Positions 26,633 through 39,455 of a stretch of DNA of 64,000 nt are shown here, in pieces (positions within the stretch are counted from its first letter, which is position 1; the number at the start of each line of letters is the position of its first letter). Source of the DNA: Eledone cirrhosa. Taxonomy: Eukaryota. The DNA is taken from NCBI GenBank assembly GCA_964016885.1, contig OZ024749.1, positions 8,928,001 to 8,992,000 on the forward strand, in the 5' to 3' direction. Both the position numbers and the translations under genes were made by a program. The notes beneath the pieces were generated by a model. It saw only the letters and a list, made by a program, of their open reading frames with translations. It had not been told where the DNA came from and searched no databases.

Positions 26633-26903
26633 GATTGATTTAGAAGCTCAAAATAGTCTTTTACAATTAGCTACAGGAAGGGAATCTTTGCGAGCCGTTT
26701 AATATAATTGGATATATGAGAGGGGCTAACCCAGATATTAGTATACATGTGTTTCAATTGCAAATGACCAAGTTAGCTAGGTTGAAAAAATACTAATTTA
26801 AATCAAGTCAGGCAAATTAGTATTTTTTCAACCTACCTAACTTGGTCATTTGCAATTGGAACACATGTATACTTATATCGGTGTTCATTCCTCTCATATA
26901 TGC

Positions 26904-26970
<67 letters not shown>

Positions 26971-26973
<3 letters not shown>

Positions 26974-27122
26974 AAAAGATGGTTAAAAGAGTTCCATGTA
27001 TTTTATTATGCGCATTTCAAAAACAAATATCATCATGCAATAATATTTGTGTTTTCATCAGATAAAATAGGAAGACATGATATGAAGATTAAAAAACACT
27101 TGTGGATAGTGCAGTTTTAAAT

Positions 27123-27184
<62 letters not shown>

Positions 27185-27340
27185 ATTTAAAACTGCACTA
27201 TCCACAAGTGTTTTTTAACCTTCATATCATGTCTTCCTATTTTATCTGATGAAAACACAAATATTATTGCATGATGATATTTGTTTTTGAAATGCGCATA
27301 ATAAAATACATGGAACTTTTTTAACCATCTTTTGTTCTTA
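26971..27340. mobile_element. Inverted pair of Naiad pLTRs with (TA)n spacer; HHRs at ~26999-27069 (-) and ~27238-27308 (+)
   Basis: ttttat-CTGATGA-aaacacaaatattattgcatgatgatatttgttttt-GAAA-tgcgca-TA-ataaaa. Confidence 0.9.
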
Positions 27341-27389
27341 TATATTATATATAAACATATATATATTTATATATACATAAACATATATA

Positions 27390-27429
<40 letters not shown>

Positions 27430-27571
27430 TATACATATTTATATATTATATATATATAAATATATAGGAATGAGTAGGACCCCTACGGCTTAGTTATAAA
27501 TATATATATATATTTATATATATAAATATATATTGACATTGGATTTTATATAAATATATATATAAATATAC

Positions 27572-27658
<87 letters not shown>

Positions 27659-28175
27659 GTATATATATATATATATAAATATGTATGTATATATAAGTTG
27701 CCTTGGTTGCCCTTGAAATATATATAATAAAATAATTATAGTTTTATAAATATAGTTTCCATTTATTAATATATTGAATATTTACTCCACTAAGCTGTTG
27801 AGTGCTTTATATAAGTTATAAAATGTTTAAGCTTGTTGAATCCCAACAAATTAAATATAACCTCTGCATATATGAATATATATATATGTGTATATATATA
27901 TATAAACGCATATATATATATGTATATATATAGATATATATAAGAACAAAAGATGGTTAAAAAAGTTCCATGTATTTTATTATGCGCATTTCAAAAACAA
28001 ATATCATCATGCAATAATATTTGTGTTTTCATCATATATATATATATATATACATAAACATGTATATATATATATATACATATGTATATATGTATATATA
28101 TATATAAATATGTATATATATATATATATATATATAAATATGTGTATATATATATATATATATTCATAAATATTG

Positions 28176-28213
<38 letters not shown>

Positions 28214-28229
28214 GATACATATATATATA

Positions 28230-28269
<40 letters not shown>

Positions 28270-28977
28270 CATACACACATAAATATGTAAATATAAATAC
28301 ACATAAATATATAAATACATTATATCATTTGTATGTTAAAATAATGATGTCTTTATTAAAATAATAGAACAAAATTACTTCAGTAACGCCAGCTCAATAT
28401 TGAACCTCGCACCTCGTTACGAAACAATGAATGCCCATTACTCTTACTAACGAAGCTATCATAGAATTTACTGAAATTTTTTTATATTTAAAGTATTAAA
28501 ACCTTAATTCATTTATTTAATTATAAATACGGAAAGTGCAGCGATAGAATATAAATAAAACATCAAAATAATCATAATATTCGACATTGTTTTAAGAATA
28601 ATAGTGTAAAATTAACATTGACACCGGTTTCGTGATTTCACGTTTTCCTTAACCTTTCGCTCCCACGGTAACTTGATGTTCAGATTCAAGAGAGATGGGC
28701 AATAAATTAATGTTTCATATTTATTTACTTGTATTGAACAGGGAAGAAGTTGCCGGGAAAGAAATTAAAAACTTTTCCGCGGTTCTAAAAAAAAATTGAC
28801 CCATTACCCCTCCCATGATGCAACAGTAGAGGTAAATACTTTAACGGTTTAGCGACATCAGTTCCCCAAATTTCCCCGAGCCCGAAATCTCAGGAACGAT
28901 AACTCTGTTTTTACTTAATCGCAAAAAAGATGTGTATCTCTTTTCTTTGCTTAAACTTTAATCTGTTCTTTTAATAT

Positions 28978-29109
<132 letters not shown>

Positions 29110-29324
29110 TAAAAGAACATAAATATATATATATATATATGTATGTATATATTAAAAGAACAAAACGTCCATAATTATGTATATATATGTGAAAATGTAT
29201 ATAAATAAGTAAATATATATATATGTTTGATGTGTATAGTTAGATGTAAGTGTATTCATGTATTAAAGTGCTTATATATATATATGTATGTATATATGTG
29301 TATATGTATGTGTATGTATATGTG

Positions 29325-29391
<67 letters not shown>

Positions 29392-29954
29392 GTATGTATA
29401 TATGTGTATATGGATGTGTAAGTATGTGTATGTGTGTACACATGGACTAGAGTATGTATGTATATATGAGTGTGTCTATACGTGTGTATATAAAGATAAG
29501 TTGAGTATGAAAATGTATACACATGAGCGCGTATGTATGTACGTGAATACATGTGTGTATATATATGTGTATGCATGTGTATATATATGTAAGTATGAAT
29601 ATGTGAATTGTGAGTATATGTATTTTGTAGAGGTGTGCAAATATATTTGTGTGTGAATGCGTGGGTGAAAGGATACGTACACTTGAAAGAAAAATTTAAG
29701 TCTGAATGTTAATTAAGTGCAAACACAAAACCAACCACGCATATCTTTACTATCTCTAATCCTTCTATAGATTTAGAAAAATAACCAATAATATATTCTA
29801 TAAAAAATGTCAAAACAACAGATGGGAATCTAATTACTCACTGCCACCAAGAATTCTCACTGCTATCGAAAAACCACTCCTTCAACTATTCTTCTAACAA
29901 CTTCACCCCTCCCTCCTAATATTCTCTATAAAAACTAAATAGGTCCTCAGTAAT

Positions 29955-30074
29955 ATTATTCTGATGAAATGACAGTAAATAATAACATTGAAATATTGAA
30001 TGTCTGCATAACTAAAAGTTTGTAGATAGCTGTTTTAGGTTATGTAACTGTTATAGAAACACGTGTCAATAAAT
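29955..30074 (+). ncRNA. Type I HHR with ~88-nt stem II domain (family F)
   Basis: ttatt-CTGATGA-aatgacagt...actgttata-GAAA-cacgtg-TC-aataa. Confidence 0.7.
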
Positions 30075-30134
30075 TCCTTTCAACTAAACTGTATCCATTC
30101 AAATCTTTCTCTCTATATATATATATATATATAA

Positions 30135-30448
30135 TATAAGATCAAAAGATGGTTAAAGGAGTTCCATGTATTTTATTATGCGCATTTCAAAAACAAACAT
30201 CATCATGCAATAATATTTGGGTTTTCATCAGATAAAACAGGAGAACATGATATGAAGGCTAAAAAACACTTGTGGATAGTGCAGTTTTAAATCAACATAT
30301 CATTGAAATGCGCATAATAAAATACATGGAACTCCTTTAACCATCTTTTGATCTTATATTATGTATACTCCAGTCCTACAAACTGTAGAGTGCTTCTTAT
30401 CCGATATCTGCATTGCTTTATTGTACTACAATAAAACTCACCTCCTAC

Positions 30449-30508
<60 letters not shown>

Positions 30509-30595
30509 GGAGGTGAGTTTTATTGTAGTACAATAAAGCAATGCAGATATCGGATAAGAAGCACTCTACAGTTTGTAGGACTGGAGTATACATAA
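30135..30595. mobile_element. Cluster of Naiad pLTR and 90-bp extension fragments in inverted arrangements; HHR at ~30169-30238 (-)
   Basis: Near-identical to 33601-33860. Confidence 0.85.
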
Positions 30596-30612
30596 TATAT
30601 ATATATATATAT

Positions 30613-30700
<88 letters not shown>

Positions 30701-30887
30701 AATGAGAAAGTGTGGCACTCCGTCGGTTGCAACGATGAGAATTCGTTTTTATTACTAATTTCCTTTGTATATATTTTATATGAAGGAGATTAATCATTAT
30801 TGCAATATTTGAGGTTCTCGTTAATTTTTGACATGTTACGTACGTACGTAACTACGTGTGTTTACACTCTTTACAAATTATCAATGG

Positions 30888-30948
<61 letters not shown>

Positions 30949-31000
30949 GAAGGAAATGTTATATATTAATAAATGGAAACTATATTTATAAAACCATATT

Positions 31001-31066
31001 TATTTTATTATATATATTTCAAGGGCAACCAATGCAAATTATGGTGCGCTGTCATCAGATAAAATA
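31001..31066 (-). ncRNA. Type I HHR, family E
   Basis: tattttat-CTGATGA-cagcgcacca...tggttgccctt-GAAA-tatata-TA-ataaaata. Confidence 0.75.
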
Positions 31067-31284
31067 CAGATTTGTTTTATAAATAAATATTGACATACCC
31101 GGAAAAAAAGACAACCTTAACGGTTGGAGCTTCCTGGATAGGAAATTTTTCAGCTTGTTGAATCCCAGCAAATTAAATATAACCTATGCATATATATATG
31201 TGACAATCGATTTTTAATCTAAAGTTATATGTATATATATATGTATATATATATACATGTATATATATATGCATATATATATAT

Positions 31285-31350
<66 letters not shown>

Positions 31351-31472
31351 ATAAATTATCGAGATTCGCATTTCGGCCCACGAAATAACGAAAAACAACC
31401 TCCGAGATGTGAGGCAAGTGCTCAATGGTTCAGATGAACCAGAGCTATAACAAACGTTAAACGCCAAACACT

Positions 31473-31598
<126 letters not shown>

Positions 31599-31673
31599 GA
31601 AGGAAATGTGGTAAGGAACCAGGTGGACCATAACGCACCAAAGTACTCAATACTTGAGGTAGTAGAGTGGGTA

Positions 31674-31754
31674 ATAGGAACCAGTAAGACCCCGACAGCT
31701 GAGCTCAAGCCGTTTCGACGGCTTGAAATCAGCTGTCGGGGTCTTACTGGTTCC

Positions 31755-31757
<3 letters not shown>
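31674..31757. repeat. Near-perfect 84-nt hairpin
   Basis: ataggaaccagtaagaccccgacagctga..tcaagccgt-ttcg-acggcttga..tcagctgtcggggtcttactggttcctat. Confidence 0.9.
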
Positions 31758-31824
<67 letters not shown>

Positions 31825-31872
31825 TAGATAGATACAATTTTATAATATAAATATATAGAGAGAGATACAATT

Positions 31873-31916
<44 letters not shown>

Positions 31917-32164
31917 CGCCAACCATTCTAAGTTCGTAATCTGACTGGCATACAGACACATATGTGAATAAATCGCAATAGATTCTAATATTACACACAG
32001 ACAGACACACTCTAATATAGGAATGAGGTACTATTGTAGGTCTCGGTCTCTCACACACAGAGACAGAAATGAAACTCGAGTTACAGGAAGGTAACCCTGG
32101 GTAGGTGGACACATTGTAAAAAAACATGTGGTATCGTTCACGCCTTTCTTGGTGTGGTTAGTCA

Positions 32165-32203
<39 letters not shown>

Positions 32204-32287
32204 ATCATACATAAATACAAATCATACATAAAAAAAAACTTTCCCCCCTAAAACTTTCTTCCACCTATATTACATTAAAAATCGATT

Positions 32288-32368
<81 letters not shown>

Positions 32369-32590
32369 AACTATGTGTTTATTATATATATATATAATAA
32401 ACACATTAAACTATTGATAATTTGTAAAGAGTGTAAACACACATAGTTACGTAGGTAACTTATTAAAAATTAACGAGAACCTATTGCAATAATGATTGCA
32501 TATATTTCATATAAAATATACAAAGGAATTTAATTAATCATTAGTAATAAAAACACGAATTCCTATCGTCGTAACCGACGGAGTGCCGCA

Positions 32591-32697
<107 letters not shown>

Positions 32698-33258
32698 AAG
32701 TAATTTGTGTTAAATAGTTGTATATTATAAGAACAGATTAAAGTTTAAGCAAAGAATCGTTGCTTTTAGCCCTAACGAGAGACACATAAATACAAAGCTT
32801 GCTCGACTGAAACTTATTTTTGCACCCATTTTTGCGATTAAGTCAAAACAAAGTTATCGTTCTTGAGATCGGCTCGGAAAAAATTTGAGGAACTGATGTC
32901 GCTAAATCGTCAAAGTATTTACCTCCACTGTTGCATCATGGGAGAAGTAATGACTGAATTTTCTTTTTTAACCACCGAAAAATTTTTAATTTCGTAATTT
33001 CTTTTCCGGCATCCTGTTCCTTGTTTGATATTAGTCAATAAATATGAAGCAATTAATTCATTGCCCATTTCTCTTTAGTCTGAACATCAAGTTACCATGG
33101 GAGCGAAAGGTCAAGGATTACGTAAAATCCCGAAACCGGTGTCAATTTTAATTTTACACTATCATTCTCAAAACAATGTCGAATATTATGATTATTTTGA
33201 AGTTTTATTTATCTTCTATCGCTGTACTTTCCGTATTTAAAAAACCACAGACTCAATT

Positions 33259-33300
33259 CTACTTTTGAAAAGCAGAAGAACTGCGAAACCGGTAAAGGAA
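33259..33300 (+). ncRNA. Hammerhead-like motif with U3-A8 core variant
   Basis: ctacttTTGAAAAgcagaagaactgcGAAAccggTAaagg. Confidence 0.65.
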
Positions 33301-33530
33301 CCAAATAAATATATATATATTTTTTTTAAATAAGACTCCAGTTGCATTTTCGGTTTCATCTTTTTTTCTTTATATATATATATATATAAGATCAAAGATG
33401 GTTTAAAGAGTTCCAATTTTTAACCATCTTTGATCTTATATTATTTATACTCTAGTCCTACAAACTGTAGAGTGCTACTTATCCGATATTTGCATTGCTT
33501 TATTGTGCTACAATAAAACTCACCTCCTAC

Positions 33531-33604
<74 letters not shown>

Positions 33605-34134
33605 GGAGGTGAGTTTTATTGTAGTACAATAAAGCAATGCAGATATCGGATAAGAAGCACTCTACAGTTTGTAGGACTGGAGTATACATAATATAAGATC
33701 AAAAGATGGTTAAAGGAGTTCCATGTATTTTATTATGCGCATTTCAAAAACAAACATCATCATGCAATAATATTTGTGTTTTCATCAGATAAAACAGGAG
33801 AACATGATATGAAGGCTAAAAAACACTTGTGGATAGTGCAGTTTTAAATCAACATATGAAAAGTGGTTTTAGATTGATGTGTGATATTGGGAAAAATATT
33901 TTATTTAGAGAGGGGGTGGGATGGAAAGGATGAAAAAGGGGAGGAGATGAGAGGGAGAGATGGGTGATAGAGAGAAAGAGATAGTTTTTATAACTGAGAG
34001 GAGATATATTGTTTTACATAGAGAGGTTGAAAACCGTTGGAAGATAATGTATAAATTAAAAAAAATTGAAAATTAACGAAGGGAGGATATGTGCGAGGAA
34101 AAAATATTTTATTTAGGGAGGGGGGGGGGGGAGG

Positions 34135-36489
34135 ATGAAATCTGAATTCACCAAACTTCTTATTGAAAAAACTGACTCCTTCGTAAGAAGACTTAGATGG
34201 ACAGCCTATTTCTATGACCAGCGCCTAAAAGGGAACTTCCATACCAAAGAACATAACTTCCTCGATCATCTTTTTAATTCTAGACGAAATCCTCCTTCCA
34301 ACAAAAATCTAGTACAATTCGAGGAAGAATTAACTAAAATAATTAAAAATCTTAAATTCAAGAGATACCCTTACAAAGGACAAGAGCACCTTGTAAATCT
34401 CAAGAACACAATCTGTAACCTAAATTCCTCAAAAAATGTTTTAGTCCTCTCTGACAAAACCAATAACTTATATGGTATTTCCAAGGATAATTATAACAAC
34501 CTTATCCTAAAGGAACTTAGGAAAAAGTATCGTAAAACCAACCATGAAAATTTAGAATACATAAACCTTGAAGCCTATGATATTATGTCAAAACTTGGCA
34601 TTGAAAAAAAGACCGAACCATTCCTCCCAAGAACTCCGAGGATAAATCTCAAGGATCACAAAAACAATTTTCGCACTGAACTACCTGTTAGATTAATCGC
34701 CCCCTCTAAATCTGATTTGGGGGTTGTTAGTAAAGCCATCTTGGATAGAATTATCCCACAGGTTAGTTCTAATTGCTCTTCTTTGAACCTAAATTTATGG
34801 TTTGGTACTTCTGAAGTGATTGGCTGGTTCAACAAATTGGATAATAAAAACAAACTAAAATTTATTCAATTTGATATTGCCAGCTACTATTCCTCCATTT
34901 CGCCTTCACTTCTCAATAATGCTCTATCTTTCGCACTTAAATATTCTGACATCACCACAGATGAACTTCACATCATCCTCACCGCACGTAAAACCATCCT
35001 AGAGTTCAACAACGAATATTGGACCAGAGCCGATACCTCTAACAACTTCGACATCACAATGGGAGCATCCGATTCATCCCAATTGACTGATTTAATTGGT
35101 ATCTTCATTTTGAACTCTTTGAGTCGGAAAATTCCTCAACTTCGCGGTGGAATTTATCGTGACGATGGACTCTTTACTATCCTAAATTGCAATATAGTTA
35201 ACCTTAATATTATTAAGAACAATATACGTAATCTCTTTAACCAACATAACCTAAAAATTGAATTTGATAATAGTATCAAACTAGCTAATTTCTTGGATGT
35301 ATCTCTTAATCTTGACACTGGCCTATATTACCCTTACCATAAAAACAATGAGAACCTAAATTATGTTAACTTTAAATCTAGCCATCCTACCAATATCAAG
35401 AGTGCTATAGTTAGTAATATTGGAAAAAGAATATCTAACATATCTTCTAATAAAAACATCTTTGATGCTAACGCCAATTACTATAATAACGCACTTTCTA
35501 AAGCCGGCTATCCAGATAAAATCAAATATAGTAAAGAAACAAATTCTAGAAAAACTTACAGTAGAATAATTAATCATGACCATTCCAATAATTTTAATAA
35601 AAGACCTAGATACAAAAACATAATCTGGTATAATGCTCCTTTCTCCATCTCTATTAATAACAATATTCCTAAATTATTTTTTAGTGCCTTAAATAAATGC
35701 TTCCCTCCCTCATATATCTATAGTAAAATATTTAACAAACACACCATCAAATTTTTGTATTCTACATCCTCCAATATTTCCAACATCATCTCTAAACACA
35801 ACAATAAAATACTAAATACTAAATCTCTTCCTTCCAATATTGAATTTCATAATAACAGTAATAGTACTCCCGACGTCATTGTAAACCCTAGGCTAACTTC
35901 TGTAAACCCAAATACAACGTCAAACACAACTTCGCTAAATGTTCATAATCCAACTCTAAATCAAGAAACTATTATTCCTATTATTCCTATCGCAAACAAC
36001 TTCTCCAATCCAATTCCTTCTATAGATAACACTAGGTCACTCATTAATAATCTCTCTAATTGCAACTGCCGCATTAAAAATAAATGTCCTCTCAACAACC
36101 ATTGTCTCGATAAAAACTTAATTTATGAATGTAAAATTATAACTAGCACCAATTCCTTCACCTATTTTGGCTCCACTTACACCTCTTTTAAAGCTCGTCT
36201 CTATAATCATCATTCATGTTTCAAATACAAACTTAAAAGAACCAACACTGCTCTCTCAGAACTCATATGGTCCTTAAAAGACAAAAACATTAAATATACC
36301 ATCTTTTGGAAGAAGGTTTCTTCTGCATCCTCATACTTGAACAGCTCTCTATCTAAAATCTGTAATCTCTGCCTAAATGAAAAATTTACCATTATCTCTA
36401 ACCTAGATTCTATAATAAATAGACGTACAGATTTGTTTTCTATTTGCCTGCATAAATTCCATAGGACATTTCACAAAGTATACAGTTAA
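34135..36489 (+). CDS. PLE reverse transcriptase + GIY-YIG endonuclease (Naiad-like), 784 aa, uninterrupted
   Basis: SDKTNNLY, LKDHKNNF..VRLIAPSKS, FIQFDIASYYSSI, FDITMGASD, GIYRDDGL, NFLDV, YVNFKSSHP, IWYNAPFS; CNCR..KCPL..CL..LIYEC...YFGST..FK.R..NH; CNLCLNEK...NRRTDLFSICLH. Confidence 0.93.
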   Translation: MKSEFTKLLIEKTDSFVRRLRWTAYFYDQRLKGNFHTKEHNFLDHLFNSRRNPPSNKNLVQFEEELTKIIKNLKFKRYPYKGQEHLVNLKNTICNLNSSKNVLVLSDKTNNLYGISKDNYNNLILKELRKKYRKTNHENLEYINLEAYDIMSKLGIEKKTEPFLPRTPRINLKDHKNNFRTELPVRLIAPSKSDLGVVSKAILDRIIPQVSSNCSSLNLNLWFGTSEVIGWFNKLDNKNKLKFIQFDIASYYSSISPSLLNNALSFALKYSDITTDELHIILTARKTILEFNNEYWTRADTSNNFDITMGASDSSQLTDLIGIFILNSLSRKIPQLRGGIYRDDGLFTILNCNIVNLNIIKNNIRNLFNQHNLKIEFDNSIKLANFLDVSLNLDTGLYYPYHKNNENLNYVNFKSSHPTNIKSAIVSNIGKRISNISSNKNIFDANANYYNNALSKAGYPDKIKYSKETNSRKTYSRIINHDHSNNFNKRPRYKNIIWYNAPFSISINNNIPKLFFSALNKCFPPSYIYSKIFNKHTIKFLYSTSSNISNIISKHNNKILNTKSLPSNIEFHNNSNSTPDVIVNPRLTSVNPNTTSNTTSLNVHNPTLNQETIIPIIPIANNFSNPIPSIDNTRSLINNLSNCNCRIKNKCPLNNHCLDKNLIYECKIITSTNSFTYFGSTYTSFKARLYNHHSCFKYKLKRTNTALSELIWSLKDKNIKYTIFWKKVSSASSYLNSSLSKICNLCLNEKFTIISNLDSIINRRTDLFSICLHKFHRTFHKVYS

Positions 36490-37510
36490 TATTCAATTCT
36501 TTATCAATTTAGAATCTTTTCTCAAAGGCACATATACATACACCTCTTTAAAATATACCCATCTTCCTACCTTACTTTAAAGGGCATTATACACTCTATA
36601 ATACTTGTTTACTCATTACCCTCATTCTATCTTCACCTTGTAAAATCCTTCATAACATATACATTTGTTTTTTTGACGTTAGAATATTCATCCGCAATCA
36701 TTATTATTTCTTCTCTCTATCATAAATCTTTTTAATCTCAATTTCATCCTTAATTTATTATTTTTTTCTCCCCATCAACGAACTCATTCTTAATACATAT
36801 TAACTCTTTATTCGCATATATTATCAATTCCTTCAATATACAAACTTTAACTTCACATTATTTTTCTCAAATCCTTCTACACACAAACCTTAATAATTTT
36901 TCTCTTCGTTAATTTTGAAATTGCCACAATACTTATCAACATACACTTTTTTTTTACGTTAGAATATTCATCCACAATTATTATTTTTTCTCTCTATCTT
37001 CATACATAAATTCCCTTCGTTAATTTTCAAATTCCTTTAATTTATACATTATCTTCCAACGGTTCTCAACCTCTCTGTGTAAAACAATATATCTTTTTCT
37101 TAGTTATAAAAACTATCTCTTTCTCTCTATCACCCATCTCTCCCTCTCCACCTTCACTCTCATCTCCTCCCCCTGTTTTCATCTCCCCCCCCTCCCTAAA
37201 TAAAATATTTTTTCCTCGCACATATCCTCCCTTCGTTAATTTTCAAATTTTTTTAATTTATACATTATCTTCCAACGGTTTTCAACCTCTCTATGTAAAA
37301 CAATATATCTCCTCTCAGTTATAAAAACTATCTCTTTCTCTCTATCACCCATCTCTCCCTCTCATCTCCTCCCCTTTTTCATCCTTTCCACCCCCCTCTC
37401 TAAATAAAATATTTTTCCCAATATCACACATCAATCTAAAACCACTTTTCATATGTTGATTTAAAACTGCACTATCCACAAGTGTTTTTTAGCCTTCATA
37501 TCATGTTCTG

Positions 37511-37577
37511 TTTTATCTGATGAAAACACAAATATTATTGCATGATGATGTTTGTTTTTGAAATGCGCATAATAAAA
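37511..37577 (+). ncRNA. Type I hammerhead ribozyme in the Naiad 3' pLTR
   Basis: ttttat-CTGATGA-aaacacaaat...gtttgttttt-GAAA-tgcgca-TA-ataaaa; palindromic stem III. Confidence 0.9.
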
Positions 37578-37609
37578 TATATGGAACTCCTTTAACCATC
37601 TTTTGATCT

Positions 37610-37723
<114 letters not shown>

Positions 37724-37739
37724 GTATATATATATTTAG

Positions 37740-38030
37740 AAAAAGGAAAAGAATGACTTCACATGTACTTCTAAACAATTTAATTTTATAATTTTACAAT
37801 TTGGATTTGTAGATCTAATAAATTCTGTGTTAACTTCGGCGGGGAAATTTTTAAAGATTTCTGGCTAACTTCCCTGGAGAACTTTCTCGCATTCGCTGGT
37901 GGCGGTTGTCAAACTGAGATCAATAACAAAGAACTTACTATATCTACAAAACCAAATTGTAAAATTATAGCATTATAAAATTAAACTGAATTGTTTAGAA
38001 CTACAAGTGAAGTCATTCTTTTCATTTTTA
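37740..38030. mobile_element. Foldback/MITE-like element with ~80-bp imperfect inverted termini
   Basis: aaaagaatgacttcac.tgta.ttctaaacaatt...tttacaatttgg.tttgtagat is mirrored at 37942-38025. Confidence 0.6.
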
Positions 38031-38065
38031 TTTAGACATACCTAACTGTACCAAGGAATTCACAC

Positions 38066-38095
<30 letters not shown>

Positions 38096-38096
<1 letters not shown>

Positions 38097-38427
38097 CGTA
38101 TATTGAAGCGAAATCCTATTTCTTTTCTATTATAAGTTGAGCCAACTTATGCAGCTTCATATGCAAATATGCAAATGAGATTAATCACCTCGTTTACACA
38201 GACGAGAAAACTATTTATTCTCGCCTGTCTTCTAGTCCAGCAGTCGCAAGCAGTGGGAAGGACCGGCCTGACGATGGCCAGTTAAGCCTGAAATGCATAG
38301 ACGGTTGTCCCTCCTTGCTTCTACTGGACATCACGAGAGGGCGTTAGCCCCCCCCCCCCCCCCCCCCGGTGTTTGCATACCTACGGCTTCCTAAAACCGT
38401 ATTTCTTTGGGGATACGAAATATTTAT
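38096..38427 (+). mobile_element. ~330-bp non-coding HHR element with tandem octamer motifs
   Basis: ATGCAAAT twice at 38161-38176; HHR at 38262-38305; inserted between (TA)n and (CA)n. Confidence 0.7.
38262..38305 (+). ncRNA. Type I hammerhead ribozyme
   Basis: accggc-CTGACGA-tggccagttaagcct-GAAA-tgca-TA-gacggt; outer stem tccagcag..gcaag/cttgc..ctactgga. Confidence 0.82.
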
Positions 38428-38494
<67 letters not shown>

Positions 38495-38670
38495 AACTTA
38501 ACTGTCACCACAGAATATGAACCTCAAGATTGCGAAAGCATGAAAGTACTTGTTCAGTTAACACTTAACATTTAATATTCTACCATACTGTTTCATTATA
38601 ATATCATTAAAATTTTAAAGGATTGTAAATAAAACGAGTAAATCAGACAAAGTTGGAATTCCTTTTATTA

Positions 38671-38794
<124 letters not shown>

Positions 38795-38999
38795 CAAATA
38801 GAAGGTTTATAAAGATAGTAAATGCTAAAAAATAACGAATCTGGATGTACATATATATTTGTATTTATGTTTGTAGATAAACATATATAATATATTGTTA
38901 TACTTTGGGGGGGTCATGTCGCCAATAAGAAACACACGCACCAGTTGCTTTCACTTCAATTTATTATATATTTATAAATTTATAAATTTATAAATTTCT

Positions 39000-39455
39000 G
39001 GTTGGTTGGTTGGTTCCACAACCAGATAGTTGTTTATATATAGTCATAGTTCTTTCGTCACACACTCTGTGACCTCTTCAGTGACTGGGGATTCCTTTCT
39101 TTGTTTCTGTGCCTCTCCTTTGTTCTGTCCTACGCCATTTTGTTTCTGTGTGTGTGTTGTGTGCTCAGTCTGCGCATGTGTTACATCCGGGTGTCTGTGT
39201 GTGTTTATGTTCATTTATTTATTTGTTTATTTACATGTTACTGGTTGGTTGTTTGTTCTATGTGTGTGTGTGTTTTCATTTTGTCCTTAATTGTAAGTTG
39301 TGATGTTGCTGTTCCACTCATATTTTCTATTTAATTTTGGTTGTAATTCTTTTATGTTTATTGCCTCTGTAATTTGTCTAAACATTGCGTCTTTTCTGTG
39401 TGTAGATTCTATTTTTATTTCTATGTTCTCTAATTTACCCTTGTGTTCTATTTCT
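39000..39455 (-). mobile_element. 3' end of a third PLE family (GIY-YIG C-terminus, UTR and HHR)
   Basis: EHKG...HRKDAMFRQITEAINIKELQPKLNRKYEWN resembles the R..E..I...LN end of PLE endonucleases; the HHR lies ~200 nt downstream on the same strand. Confidence 0.75.
39042..39086 (-). ncRNA. Minimal type I HHR, family G
   Basis: agtca-CTGAAGA-ggtcacagagtgtgtgac-GAAA-gaac-TA-tgact; perfect 5-bp stems I and II. Confidence 0.85.

Noticed and set aside
34135-37200. Selenoprotein Naiad (reported for some spider and clam Naiads)
   Set aside because: The ORF has no in-frame TGA, ends in TAA, and I could not identify a SECIS by eye.
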